Assembly (NCBI GenBank): GCA_041180005.1
Contig: JBEGSF010000005.1
Location: forward strand, 6,158-70,157
Reading direction: 5' to 3'
Length of the DNA stretch: 64,000 nucleotides
From: Verrucomicrobiota bacterium
GTDB lineage: Bacteria > Verrucomicrobiota > Verrucomicrobiia > Opitutales > UBA953
In this document: piece by piece, positions 10,077-19,959 of the stretch
Position numbering within the stretch: the stretch's first letter is position 1
Layout: every line of letters begins with the position of its first letter
Made by a program: the position numbers and the translations under genes
The notes under the pieces: generated by a model
Seen by the model: only the letters and a program-made list of their open reading frames with translations
Database searches by the model: none
Told to the model about the DNA's origin: nothing

Positions 10077-11666
10077 TCAGATCGCAGAATTCGAGCGGGT
10101 GCCGTTGACGAGGCGGGAGAGGCCGAGGGGGTTGGCGTTGCGCAGTTCGGCCGGCAGGGCGGCGTCCGGATAGTTCTGGAAGCAGACGAGGCGCGTGAAG
10201 CGGTAGATGGCGTTGGAGCCGACCGAGGTGGTGCGTCCGTCGGAGAGCGAAGGATAGGGGCCGCCGTGCACGATGGCGTGCGAGACTTCGACGCCGGTCG
10301 GGAAACCGTTGATGACGACGCGGCCGGCGACGGCTTCGAGGCGGGCGATGAGCGCCGCGTGCTGCGCGAGCTCGGCGTCGGTGCCGTGGACGGTGGCGGT
10401 CAGGTTGCCGTGCAGGGCGCCGAGGACGGCGTCGACCTCACGCTGGTCGGCGCACCAGATGACGAGCGAGCTCGGCCCGAAGATTTCTTCCTGCAGCGAG
10501 GCGTCGGCGACGAAGGTCTTGGCTTCGGTGGAGAAGAGCGTGGCGACGGCGCGGTTGGGCTGGCCGCTCGACTTGCCTTGGGCGATCACCTTGACGCCGG
10601 CCTGGGCGGCGCGGGTCGCGACGCCTTTCTGATAGGCCTGATGGATGCCAGCGGTGAGCATGACGCCATCGGCGCAGTCGGTGAAGAGCGCGGAGAGCTT
10701 GCTGACGAAGGCTTCGGCGGCGGCGGAGCGGACGAGGACGATCAGGCCGGGCTGGGTGCAGAACTGGCCGACGCCCAGGGTGCAGGAGCCGACGAGGCCG
10801 GTGGCGATGGTCTCGCCGCGCGCGGCGAGGGCGCCTTCGAGGAGGACGACCGGATTGACGCTGCTCATCTCGGCGTAGACCGGGATCGGGGTCGAACGGG
10901 CCGCGGCGGTGTCCATGAGCGCGCGGCCGCCGGCGCGGGAGCCGGTGAAGCCGATCGCACGGAGGGCCGGATGCTTGGCGACCTGCTGACCGATGATGCG
11001 TCCTTCGCCCATGAGCAGGGAGAACGTGCCTTCCGGAAGTCCGGCCGCCTTCACGGCCTCGACGATGAGCCCGCCCATGATCTCGGCGGTGCCGACGTGC
11101 GCGTGGTGGGCCATCACGATGACCGGGCAGCCGGCGGCGAAAGCGGAAGCGGTGTCTCCGCCGGCGACGGAGTAGGCGAAGGGGAAGTTGCTCGCGCAGA
11201 AGACGGCGACGGGGCCGACGGGACGGAGCAGCGAGCGGTGGTCGGGCTTGGGCAATGGCTTGCGGTCCGGGTTCGCGGTCTCGATGCGGGCGTCGATCCA
11301 ATCGCCTTTCTCGACGAGGTCGGCGAAGAGGCGCAGCTGGCCCATCGTGCGTCCGATCTCACCCTGGCAGCGGGCTTCGGGGAGGCCGGTCTCCTGTGTC
11401 GCGCGGGCGACGAGGGCGGGCGTGGCGGCTTCGATGCGGCTCGCGATGTCGCGCAGGAACGCGGCCTTCTTTTGCCCGGAAAGAGCGGCCAGAATCGGGG
11501 TGGCTTGGGCGGCGAGATCGCCGGCGCGGTCGGCTTCGGCGGCGGTCGCCGGGAAGAAGTCCGGCTCGAGCGCGGTCGCCGTGGCGGGGTTGGTGGCTCG
11601 GTAGGGGGAGGCGGTGGACTGACCGCGGGCGAAACCGATGAAAGAGAGGCCGAGGAGGGACGACAT
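10077..11666 (-). CDS. aldehyde dehydrogenase, probable alpha-ketoglutarate semialdehyde (2,5-dioxovalerate) dehydrogenase
   Basis: 'CASNFPFAYSVAGGDTASA', 'GFTGSRAGGRAL' and 'YAEMSSVNPVVLL' are ALDH blocks of the KGSADH type. The ATG at 11664-11666 is preferred over the longer ORF to 11741. Confidence 0.85.
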   Translation of the reverse strand: MSSLLGLSFIGFARGQSTASPYRATNPATATALEPDFFPATAAEADRAGDLAAQATPILAALSGQKKAAFLRDIASRIEAATPALVARATQETGLPEARCQGEIGRTMGQLRLFADLVEKGDWIDARIETANPDRKPLPKPDHRSLLRPVGPVAVFCASNFPFAYSVAGGDTASAFAAGCPVIVMAHHAHVGTAEIMGGLIVEAVKAAGLPEGTFSLLMGEGRIIGQQVAKHPALRAIGFTGSRAGGRALMDTAAARSTPIPVYAEMSSVNPVVLLEGALAARGETIATGLVGSCTLGVGQFCTQPGLIVLVRSAAAEAFVSKLSALFTDCADGVMLTAGIHQAYQKGVATRAAQAGVKVIAQGKSSGQPNRAVATLFSTEAKTFVADASLQEEIFGPSSLVIWCADQREVDAVLGALHGNLTATVHGTDAELAQHAALIARLEAVAGRVVINGFPTGVEVSHAIVHGGPYPSLSDGRTTSVGSNAIYRFTRLVCFQNYPDAALPAELRNANPLGLSRLVNGTRSNSAI

Positions 11667-11774
11667 GGAGAGAGGTGAGGGGATAGGGGAGGACCCGGGC
11701 GGAGGCAAACAAGATAGGGCCGAGGTGAGGGTTGCGGTCAAGGAACCTGCGGCCTAATAAAGGGTCACCCCACC

Positions 11775-13313
11775 ATGCGCCTTACCCTGTTATGCGGCTG
11801 GCTGATGTGCCTGACCGCTCTCGCCGCCGATCGGCCCAATATCATTGTCATCCTGGCCGACGACCAAGGCTTCGGCGACCTCGGCGCGAACAACCCGCAG
11901 AGCAAGATCGCGACCCCTCATCTCGACGCCTTGGCCAAGGCCGGCGTGCGCTTCACGGACGGACATACCTCGTCGGGCGTCTGCACGCCGACCCGTTATA
12001 GCCTGCTGACCGGACGTTACCACTGGCGCACGCGCCTGCAGAACGGCGTGCTCGGCGGCTTCTCTCCTCCGCTTATCTCTCCCGGGAGGCTGACGCTCGC
12101 CGGCCTGCTCAAGCAGCAGGGCTATGCGACCGGCTGCTTTGGGAAGTGGCATCTCGGGATGAGCTTCCCTCTCGCCGGCGGCGGTCATGCCGATGACGGC
12201 GGTGATTTCTCGAAGAACCCCAAGGACGTCAGCAAGATCGATTTCGCCGGCGACATCCTCGGCGGACCGGTCGATCACGGTTTTGACACCTTCTACGGCA
12301 TCAGCGCCTCGTTGGATATGCCTCCGTTCGTTTGGATCAAGGACCGCCGCATGACGGAGATCCCGAGCGCGACCAAGACCTGGCTGCGCACGGGTCCCGC
12401 CGGCCCGAAGTTCGAGGCCGTGGACGTGTTGCCCTCGGTCATCGACCAGACCATCGCCTTCATCGAGGGCCAGCAGAAGGCCGATCCTGCCAAGCCGTTC
12501 TTCGCCTACGTGCCGCTGAACGCCCCGCATACGCCGATCGTGCCGACCAAGGAGTTCCAAGGTTCGAGTGGCATCAGCCCCTACGCCGACTTCGTCAAAC
12601 AGGTCGACCATGACGTCGGCCGTCTGCTGGCGGCTCTCGATAAGCAGGGCTTGGCCGAAAATACCCTGGTCATCTTCACCTCGGACAACGGCTGCTCGAC
12701 GGCGGCCAACATTCCGGAGCTCCAGAAGGCCGGTCATGAGCCGAGCTATATCTATCGCGGCAACAAGGCGGACCTCTACGAAGGCGGCCATCGCGTGCCG
12801 TTCCTCGTGCGCTGGCCGGCCAAGGTGAAGCCGGGCGTCAGCGACGCGCTCGTCGGCCAGATCGACTTCCTCGCGACCTTCGCCGAGATCACCGGCGCCG
12901 CCGTCCCTGCGACGATGGGCGAGGACAGCGTGAGCTTCCTGCCGGTCCTGCGCGGCGAGAAGCCGACGGTCCGCCAGGGCATCGTGAGCCAGTCCATCAA
13001 CGGCAGCTTCGCCTTCCGCGACGGCCCGTGGAAACTCTGCCTCAGCGCCGGTTCGGGCGGTTGGAGCTCGCCTAAGCCAGGTCCTGAGGAGGCCGGCCTG
13101 CCGCCCGTGCAGCTTTACGACCTGTCCAAAGACCCCGGCGAGAAGACCAACCTGCAGGCCCAGTTCCCTGAACGTGTCGCGGCCATGAAGGCTGAGCTCG
13201 AGAAGATCATCGCTCGCGGACGAAGCACGCCCGGCGAAGACCTCAAGAACGACGTCCCCGTGCAGCTGATCAAGAAGAGCCCCGCCGGTAAGGCCAAGGC
13301 GAAGAAGAAGTGA
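11775..13313 (+). CDS. formylglycine-dependent sulfatase (arylsulfatase family), secreted
   Basis: Signal peptide. 'PNIIVILADDQGFGDLG' and the 'CTPTRYSLLTGR' CxPxR motif. Confidence 0.92.
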   Translation: MRLTLLCGWLMCLTALAADRPNIIVILADDQGFGDLGANNPQSKIATPHLDALAKAGVRFTDGHTSSGVCTPTRYSLLTGRYHWRTRLQNGVLGGFSPPLISPGRLTLAGLLKQQGYATGCFGKWHLGMSFPLAGGGHADDGGDFSKNPKDVSKIDFAGDILGGPVDHGFDTFYGISASLDMPPFVWIKDRRMTEIPSATKTWLRTGPAGPKFEAVDVLPSVIDQTIAFIEGQQKADPAKPFFAYVPLNAPHTPIVPTKEFQGSSGISPYADFVKQVDHDVGRLLAALDKQGLAENTLVIFTSDNGCSTAANIPELQKAGHEPSYIYRGNKADLYEGGHRVPFLVRWPAKVKPGVSDALVGQIDFLATFAEITGAAVPATMGEDSVSFLPVLRGEKPTVRQGIVSQSINGSFAFRDGPWKLCLSAGSGGWSSPKPGPEEAGLPPVQLYDLSKDPGEKTNLQAQFPERVAAMKAELEKIIARGRSTPGEDLKNDVPVQLIKKSPAGKAKAKKK

Positions 13314-14161
13314 GGCCCTTTTTCTTCCTTCTCTTCGGTGCCTCCATGGCGTTCGCCGCCGCGCCTAAGGTGCCGGAAGGCGTCGAGGTGCTGCGTGACC
13401 TTGAGTACGCCCAGGTGAAAGGCCTCAGCCTCAAGCTCGATCTCTATCGTCCGAGCGCCAAGCCTTCCGCGCCGATGCCTTTGGTCATCTGGGTGCACGG
13501 CGGCGGTTGGGGTAAAGGGACGAAGGCCGGGTGTCCGGTCGCCTGGCTCGCCGCGAAGGGCTACGCCGTCGCGAGCCTGGATTTCCGGCTCCTGCCTGAG
13601 CATCCTTGGCCAGCGCAGATCGAGGATCCGATCGCGGCCCTGCGTTGGTTGCGCCAGGAGTCCGGCAAATATGGCTTTGACGCCGAGCGTACCGCCGCGA
13701 TCGGGGGTTCGTCCGGCGGTCACGTGGTGGCTTTGTGGGGCACGCTGCCTTTGCCTCCCGGCGACAAGGTGAAAGCCGTCGTCGACTGGTATGGCCCGAC
13801 CGACCTCCTCACGATGCCGCCCAACGTGCTTTCGGAGAAGCGTGGTCGCGCCGAACTCGCCAAGGCGAACGGCGCCTTGCTGCTCGGCGGCATCGTCATG
13901 GACCAGCCCGAGAAGGCCAAGGCCGTCAGCGCCCTGCACCAGGTGACGAAGGACGACGTGCCGTTCCTGATCATGCACGGAACCAAAGACACTTCCGTGC
14001 CGGTCGATCAGAGCGAGCGTCTGCATGCGGCCCTCCAGCTCGCGGGCGTGGAGTCGACCTTGAAGCTCCTGCCGGGAGCCGGGCATGGCGGCAAGGAGTT
14101 CGATTCCGCCGAATCGCGGGCGCTCATCCAGGGATTCCTGGACAAGCACCTGAAGCGATAG
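13310..14161 (+). CDS. alpha/beta-hydrolase (esterase/lipase, HGGG type), secreted
   Basis: The GTG start overlaps the sulfatase stop (GTGA). Signal peptide. 'VHGGGWGKG' oxyanion motif and 'GGSSGG' nucleophile elbow. Confidence 0.8.
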   Translation: MRPFFFLLFGASMAFAAAPKVPEGVEVLRDLEYAQVKGLSLKLDLYRPSAKPSAPMPLVIWVHGGGWGKGTKAGCPVAWLAAKGYAVASLDFRLLPEHPWPAQIEDPIAALRWLRQESGKYGFDAERTAAIGGSSGGHVVALWGTLPLPPGDKVKAVVDWYGPTDLLTMPPNVLSEKRGRAELAKANGALLLGGIVMDQPEKAKAVSALHQVTKDDVPFLIMHGTKDTSVPVDQSERLHAALQLAGVESTLKLLPGAGHGGKEFDSAESRALIQGFLDKHLKR

Positions 14162-14168
14162 GGCGAGC

Positions 14169-15539
14169 TTACTTCACGGCCTTCTTCTTGCCCTTCTTGC
14201 CGGCGCCGGGCTCAGGCCCGTCGTTGTCCTGGCCGCCGCTGCCCCAGAGAGGCTTCACGTTGGTCTTGTTCCATTCGTCCCAGCGGGCCTGCAGTTCCTT
14301 CACCTTCTCCGGCTGTTCGGCGGCGAGGTCCTTGTCCTCATGGATGTCGGCGGCGAGGTCGTAGAGCCTGACCGACGAGACGGGCGCCTTCTTGCCCTTG
14401 CCGGCGTTGGTGTCCGCATTGGTGTCATAACGCACTAGTTTCCAATCACCCTGACGGATCGCCATCTGCTCGCCGAAACGCCAGAAGAGGGCGTCGTGCG
14501 GGGCGGACTTGTTTTCTCCGGAGAGGAAGGGGAGGAGGTCGACGCCTTCCAGTTTCCATTCTGCCTTGGCGGGGACGCCGGCCGCGGCGAGGGCGGTGGC
14601 GTGCAGGTCCATCTGCACGGCCATGGGCGCGAAGGCGGCGGGCTTGAGCTTGGCCGGCCAGGACACGACGAAGGGCACGCGGATGCCGCCCTCGAGGGTC
14701 GTGCGCTTGGAGCCGCGGAGCGGGGAGTTGACCGAGCCGTTGACGGTCACGCCGTTCATCGTCGGTCCGCCGTTGTCGCTGATGAACATCACCAAGGTAT
14801 TGTCGTATTGTCCGCTGGCTTTGAGCGACTGCATGACCTTGCCGATGTTGTCGTCCATCGCCGACATCATCGCGGCGTAGGTGCGGCGGGTCTTGTCCTT
14901 GATCGACGAGAATTTCTCCAGCCGCTCCTTCGTCGCGTCCATCGGCGTGTGCACGGCGTTGAAGGCGAGGTAGAGCATCCAAGGCTTGCCCTTGTTCCGC
15001 TCGACGAACGCGACGGCTTCGCGGCCGAAGGCATCGGTGGCGTAGTCCATCTCCTTCACCGGTTCCGTCCCGCGGAGGAAGCCGCCGGCGTCGAAATAGC
15101 TGTGGGCGCCGGCCAGGAAGCCGTAGAAGTCCGTGAAGCCGCGGCGTTGGGGCACCTGTTCGGGCGCGGAGCCGAGGTGCCACTTGCCGACCATGCCGGT
15201 CGCGTAGCCGGCTTCGCGCAGACGTTCGGGCAAGGTGCCTTCGTTCAGCGGCAGCCCATTACGGCCCGAGGGGTTGAATTCATGGCCGAAGCGGGTCTGC
15301 TGGCGGCCGGTAAGCAGAGCGGCGCGGGTCGGCGAGCAATACGGACCGGTGACGTATCCGTTGGTGAAACGGACCCCCGAGGCGGCCAGCGTGTCGAGGT
15401 GCGGCGTAGGGATGTCCTTGCAGCCATGGAAGCCGACGTCGGCGTAGCCCATGTCGTCGCCGACGATGAGGAGGATGTTGGGCCGGTCGGCGCCGAAAAG
15501 GCCGGCGGCGAGCAGCACGAGCAGGGCGGGGAGCTTCAT
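14169..15539 (-). CDS. formylglycine-dependent sulfatase, secreted
   Basis: 'PNILLIVGDDMGYADVG' and 'CSPTRAALLTGR'. The ATG at 15537-15539 (MKLPALLVLLAAG signal peptide) is preferred over 15635. Confidence 0.9.
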   Translation of the reverse strand: MKLPALLVLLAAGLFGADRPNILLIVGDDMGYADVGFHGCKDIPTPHLDTLAASGVRFTNGYVTGPYCSPTRAALLTGRQQTRFGHEFNPSGRNGLPLNEGTLPERLREAGYATGMVGKWHLGSAPEQVPQRRGFTDFYGFLAGAHSYFDAGGFLRGTEPVKEMDYATDAFGREAVAFVERNKGKPWMLYLAFNAVHTPMDATKERLEKFSSIKDKTRRTYAAMMSAMDDNIGKVMQSLKASGQYDNTLVMFISDNGGPTMNGVTVNGSVNSPLRGSKRTTLEGGIRVPFVVSWPAKLKPAAFAPMAVQMDLHATALAAAGVPAKAEWKLEGVDLLPFLSGENKSAPHDALFWRFGEQMAIRQGDWKLVRYDTNADTNAGKGKKAPVSSVRLYDLAADIHEDKDLAAEQPEKVKELQARWDEWNKTNVKPLWGSGGQDNDGPEPGAGKKGKKKAVK

Positions 15540-15633
15540 CGATAGAATAACACCATCAGGGTGCCGGAGTTTCGTGCCCGTCATCCGTCGGGCTAAATGT
15601 TTACAACCTAAGGCGACCCAGTAAGGTCGGGAC

Positions 15634-16785
15634 ATGGATCACCCCCTCCGTACGCTGTTTTGCACGTTGGTCCTGTGGGCGTCGGGGGACGTCGCCGCCT
15701 TCGACCAGGCGCCCTTCGACGTCCCTCAGAATCGGGTGCTCCTGACGCTCGCGCCCGCTCCGGAGAATCCCCGTAACTCCGAGGGGGCTTTCGCGACGCT
15801 TGGCTCCGGGCGGATCATCTTCTGCTATTCCTCCTATTACGGAGGAAAGGGGGAGGATCATGGGCCGGCGCGCATCGCGCAGATCTATTCCGACGACCGT
15901 GGACTCACGTGGAGCGCCCCGCGCACGATCGTGGAGAACGAAGGCCGCTGTAACGTGATGAGCGTCTCGCTGCTGCGCGCCGCCAGCGGCAAGCTGCATA
16001 TGGTCTACCTGGTGAAGAACAGTTGGGTGGATTGCCGTCCGTATCTGCGGACCTCGGAGGACGACGGCGCGACCTGGTCCGCCCCGAGGCTCATCCTGCA
16101 GGCGCCGGGTTATTTCGTGGCCAACAACGATCGGCTCATCCAGACCTCCAAGGGCCGGCTGATCCTGCCGGTGGCATTCCATCGTTCCCGTGGACAGGAT
16201 CCGTTGAGCAGCCGTTCCTTCGACGCGCGGGCGATCGCCCTGTGGATCACCTCGGATGACGACGGGAAGACATGGCAAGAAGCCGCCAACTGGTGGGCGA
16301 TGCCGGTGCGATCAGGCAGCGGCCTCCAGGAGCCCGGAGTGGTCGAGCGGGCTGACGGCCTGCTTTTTTCCTGGGCGCGGACCGACGCGGGCTTTCAGTA
16401 CGGCTTCGCCTCCAAGGATGGCGGCAAGAGCTGGGAAGCCCCCGCTCCCACGACGCTCGCTTCGCCCGTTTCCCCCGCCAGCATCAAGCGTATCCCGGGT
16501 TCGGCCGAACTCCTGGCGATCTACAACGACCACTCGGGCCGCTTCGCGTTTACCAAGGGCCGGCGTAGTCCGCTCGTGGCCGCGATCTCGACTGACGGCG
16601 GGGCCACCTGGGGCCGGCACAAGCTCCTGGAGGGCGACCCGGATGGCTGGTATTGCTACACGGCTATCCACTTCGTCGGCGACGACGTGCTGCTTGCCTA
16701 CTGCGCCGGTGACAGCGCCAAGAAGACCTACCTCAACGTGATGCGCCTGCGGAAGACCTCGCTGGCCTGGCTGCGAAGCGAGTGA
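15634..16785 (+). CDS. BNR/Asp-box repeat exo-alpha-sialidase-like glycosidase
   Basis: Five Asp-boxes: SDDRGLTW, SEDDGATW, SDDDGKTW, SKDGGKSW, STDGGATW. Signal peptide present. Confidence 0.8.
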   Translation: MDHPLRTLFCTLVLWASGDVAAFDQAPFDVPQNRVLLTLAPAPENPRNSEGAFATLGSGRIIFCYSSYYGGKGEDHGPARIAQIYSDDRGLTWSAPRTIVENEGRCNVMSVSLLRAASGKLHMVYLVKNSWVDCRPYLRTSEDDGATWSAPRLILQAPGYFVANNDRLIQTSKGRLILPVAFHRSRGQDPLSSRSFDARAIALWITSDDDGKTWQEAANWWAMPVRSGSGLQEPGVVERADGLLFSWARTDAGFQYGFASKDGGKSWEAPAPTTLASPVSPASIKRIPGSAELLAIYNDHSGRFAFTKGRRSPLVAAISTDGGATWGRHKLLEGDPDGWYCYTAIHFVGDDVLLAYCAGDSAKKTYLNVMRLRKTSLAWLRSE

Positions 16786-17247
16786 TCAGTCCGACAGCTG
16801 AGCGATCAGCTTGAGCGTCTCGGTCGGCGTCTGGTGCGACTTCGCGGCGTTGTGCAGGCCGGGAGGCAGGAGGTCGGTCGCCATGGCCTTCAGTTCTTCC
16901 AGCCGGGCGCAGAGCTTGTCGAGGCAGGCCTCGGCCTGCTTTTCGTCGGCCCAGACGTCGTAGATGGTCACCATTTCGCCGGGCTTGTCGCCGTCGATCT
17001 CGCCTTCGCCGACCTCGTAGTCGCAGTCGAGGAGCTCGTCCCAGAAGTTGGCGTCGAGGTCGAGGGCGTCCTCGAGCTCATAGAGGCGGATGCCGCTCAT
17101 CCATTCGTTGAGCAGCGTGAAGGCCTCGCGGTGCGCGGGGAGGACTTCGGTGAACGTATCCCGGATGCCGACCGCGATGAGCGTGAGGCCTTCGACCGTG
17201 TCGCCCAGCTGGGGGCCGTCGAAGGGAGGAGTCGGTTCGGAGGACAT
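16786..17247 (-). CDS. hypothetical acidic protein
   Basis: 153-aa ORF with an ATG start, immediately downstream of the isomerase gene on the same strand. No motif recognised. Confidence 0.5.
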   Translation of the reverse strand: MSSEPTPPFDGPQLGDTVEGLTLIAVGIRDTFTEVLPAHREAFTLLNEWMSGIRLYELEDALDLDANFWDELLDCDYEVGEGEIDGDKPGEMVTIYDVWADEKQAEACLDKLCARLEELKAMATDLLPPGLHNAAKSHQTPTETLKLIAQLSD

Positions 17248-17289
17248 GCGCAGAAAGGAGGAGCGGTCGGGGGCGGAGCGCCAGCTAAA

Positions 17290-18168
17290 TCACTTCGCGC
17301 CGCCGACGATGCCGGCGAGGAGCTTCTCCAGACCGCGTCCGTAGCGGACGTAGGAGTCGAAGCGTTCCTGGGGCGAGGCCTTGGTGCCTTCGCCAAGGTG
17401 GACGATGCTGGCCACGTGGGGTTCGATGGAGACGCCGGCCTTGTAGCCGCGGGCGATGAGGTCGGTGAGGATCTCGCGGACGAGTGCGTCGCCTTCGCCG
17501 GCGTAGGTGAAGGCGCTGCTCTTACCGCCCTCCGGGTTGCGACGGCAGTCCTTGATGTGGACGTATTCCACGTAGGGCAGGATCTCGCGGTAGAAGGGCA
17601 TGGTCTCCTGGCCGTACGAGACCGTGTTGCCGATGTCGAAGAGGTAGCGGACGTTCGGATGATCCACGCTCTCGATGAAACGTCGGGCGTGCGTGCCGGA
17701 GAGACCGCCCCAGCCTTCGCAGTTCTCGTGCAGGAGCATGATGCCGCCGTCGGCGGCGTGCTTGGCCATCTCCTGGTAGCGGCGGACGCCTTCTTCGCGC
17801 CACGCGTCTTCCGAGACATCGCCGCGGACCCAGCTCATCGTGCGGATGAACTTCGTGCGGGTGCGCTGCATGCGCGGGATCAGGACCTTGAGGTCGGCGA
17901 GGTCGGTGGCGAAGTCGCCCGTGATGGGCCGGCTCCAGTTGCCGATGGCGGACGCGTAGCTGCTGACCCGCATGCCTGCGGCTTCGATCTTGTCGACGGC
18001 CCGCTTGAAGTCGTCGTCGCTCACGGCCGGTCCCGAGAACTGCTTGCCGTTGAGGAGGCGGAGTTCGATGGCCGACCAGCCAAGGGCCTGATGGGCCGCG
18101 ATCTGGCCGTCGATGTCGTCAGCGGCTTCGTCGGCCAGTCCGGAAAGGGGGAAGGGGGCGGTGGACAT
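17290..18168 (-). CDS. sugar phosphate isomerase/epimerase (xylose-isomerase-like TIM barrel)
   Basis: 'GWSAIELR', 'MLLHENCEGW' and 'YVHIKD' are typical of the AP-endonuclease-2/xylose-isomerase-like TIM family. ATG at 18166-18168. Confidence 0.75.
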   Translation of the reverse strand: MSTAPFPLSGLADEAADDIDGQIAAHQALGWSAIELRLLNGKQFSGPAVSDDDFKRAVDKIEAAGMRVSSYASAIGNWSRPITGDFATDLADLKVLIPRMQRTRTKFIRTMSWVRGDVSEDAWREEGVRRYQEMAKHAADGGIMLLHENCEGWGGLSGTHARRFIESVDHPNVRYLFDIGNTVSYGQETMPFYREILPYVEYVHIKDCRRNPEGGKSSAFTYAGEGDALVREILTDLIARGYKAGVSIEPHVASIVHLGEGTKASPQERFDSYVRYGRGLEKLLAGIVGGAK

Positions 18169-18314
18169 GGCAATCAAGATGGCGGATGAAGGATGGAAGA
18201 TGAAGGATGAAAAGACTCTGAATCGAGGTCTGAATTGACCAAGAGTCAGGGCAAAGAGGACTTGTCTAAGGGGATGGGCTTGCGGGGTGGAAGGGAGAGA
18301 AGGATAAGTGGCTT

Positions 18315-19907
18315 ATGAGATTCGCCCCGATCTTGCTCTGCTGGACCGTCCTGTGCCTCGCCGCCGAGCCGGCCCGGAAACTCAAGGTCTTCATCCTCGT
18401 CGGGCAGTCCAACATGCAGGGGCAGGGCGTCGCGGACCTTGCGGGACGCAATTACAACGAGGGCAAGGGTACGTTGGTGGACGTGATGTCCAAGCCCGAG
18501 GCGGGCACGCGTTACGCTCACTTGAAGCAGCCGGATGGATCTTGGACAGTCCGGAATGATGTCTGGGTCCGTTATCAGCGAGAAGGGCAGCCCTTGCAGG
18601 CCGGTCCGCTCTCTCTCGGTTTCGGTGCCTACGTGAGCAAGCATCACTTTGGCCCCGAATATCAGTTCGGGCACGTCGTCGGCCAGGCCTACCGCGATCA
18701 GGTGCTGCTCATCAAGACCGCCTGGGGAGGCAAGAGTCTCTATCGCGATTTCCGTCCGCCGAGCGCTGGCGGTGAGGTCGGTCTTTATTACACGAAGATG
18801 GTCGCCGAGGTGCGTGAGGCGCTGGCCAACCTGAAGAAGGTTTTCCCGACATACGACGGCGCGGAGGTCGAGCTCGCCGGCTTCGTCTGGTATCAGGGTT
18901 GGAATGACGGCGTGAATCCGAAGACCGCCGTGCCGGAGTATGAGCAGAACCTCGCCCATCTGATCCGCGATGTCCGCAAGGAATTCGGCGCGCCGAAGCT
19001 GCCGGTCATCGTCGGTGAGCTCACCGGCCCATGGGTCGATGCGCCCAAGGAATGGACCGCTCTGCGTAAAGCTCAGGCGAACGTCGCGGAATACCCTGAG
19101 TTCAAGGACAACGTCGTGTTCGTCCCGACCCGTTCCTTCGTGCGTAAGCCCGAGGACTCGCCGAATCCCGGCCATGGCCATCATGAGTTCGGCAACGCCG
19201 AGACCTACTTCCTCGTCGGCGACGCCCTCGGCAAGGCCGCCGTGCAGATGGCCGGTCGCGATCGTCAGGTGCGCCAGGTCCGCGGCTGGACGCTACGGAT
19301 CGACGAACGCCTGATCGCCAAAGATGCTGCGGCCGTCGAGAAGGCGGTCGTCATCTTGGATGCGCAACTGGCGAAGGTGGAGCGGCTTATCCCGGCCAAG
19401 GCGGTCGAACGGCTCCGCTCGGTGCCCTTGAATTTCTCGCTTCCTTATCCCGACCGCCGACCCACCGCCGAATATCACGGCGGCCTGGCTTGGGTGAAGC
19501 AGGTCGGGCGGGAGATCGCCTTGGCCAAGGCAATCGAGTTCACGAATGTCGATCGCTTCGAGCCGGAGATCCGGCGCATGCCCGTGCTCGTCCTCCATGA
19601 GCTCGCCCATGCCTATCACGACCAGGTCATCCCCGGAGGCTATCAGAACAAGGATATCCTCGGGGCCTTCCAGCAGGCCAAGGCGGCCGGGACTTACGAT
19701 GCCGTCAAACGTTGGACCGGTGAGAAGTATGCGGAGAAGCCCAGCAAGGCCTACGCGATGACCAATCAGATGGAATATTTCGCCGAGGTCACCGAGGCCT
19801 ATTTCGACCGCAATGACATGGAGCCGTTCAATCGCGCCGAGCTGCAGGCCAAGGATCCCGGCGTCGTCCCGGTTCTCGCCAAACTCTGGGGCGTCGAGCC
19901 GAAATGA
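18315..19907 (+). CDS. fusion protein: sialate O-acetylesterase-like (SASA/DUF303) domain + C-terminal HExxH metallopeptidase-like domain
   Basis: N-terminal 'KVFILVGQSNMQGQG' and 'FVWYQGWND' (SASA type). C-terminal 'VLVLHELAHAYH' (HExxH at 19596-19610). Signal peptide present. Confidence 0.75.
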   Translation: MRFAPILLCWTVLCLAAEPARKLKVFILVGQSNMQGQGVADLAGRNYNEGKGTLVDVMSKPEAGTRYAHLKQPDGSWTVRNDVWVRYQREGQPLQAGPLSLGFGAYVSKHHFGPEYQFGHVVGQAYRDQVLLIKTAWGGKSLYRDFRPPSAGGEVGLYYTKMVAEVREALANLKKVFPTYDGAEVELAGFVWYQGWNDGVNPKTAVPEYEQNLAHLIRDVRKEFGAPKLPVIVGELTGPWVDAPKEWTALRKAQANVAEYPEFKDNVVFVPTRSFVRKPEDSPNPGHGHHEFGNAETYFLVGDALGKAAVQMAGRDRQVRQVRGWTLRIDERLIAKDAAAVEKAVVILDAQLAKVERLIPAKAVERLRSVPLNFSLPYPDRRPTAEYHGGLAWVKQVGREIALAKAIEFTNVDRFEPEIRRMPVLVLHELAHAYHDQVIPGGYQNKDILGAFQQAKAAGTYDAVKRWTGEKYAEKPSKAYAMTNQMEYFAEVTEAYFDRNDMEPFNRAELQAKDPGVVPVLAKLWGVEPK

Positions 19908-19959
19908 GCCCCGGCGGGATGCTCTTGCCCGGGGCCGCGCTCGGTGAGAGTAATATCCC

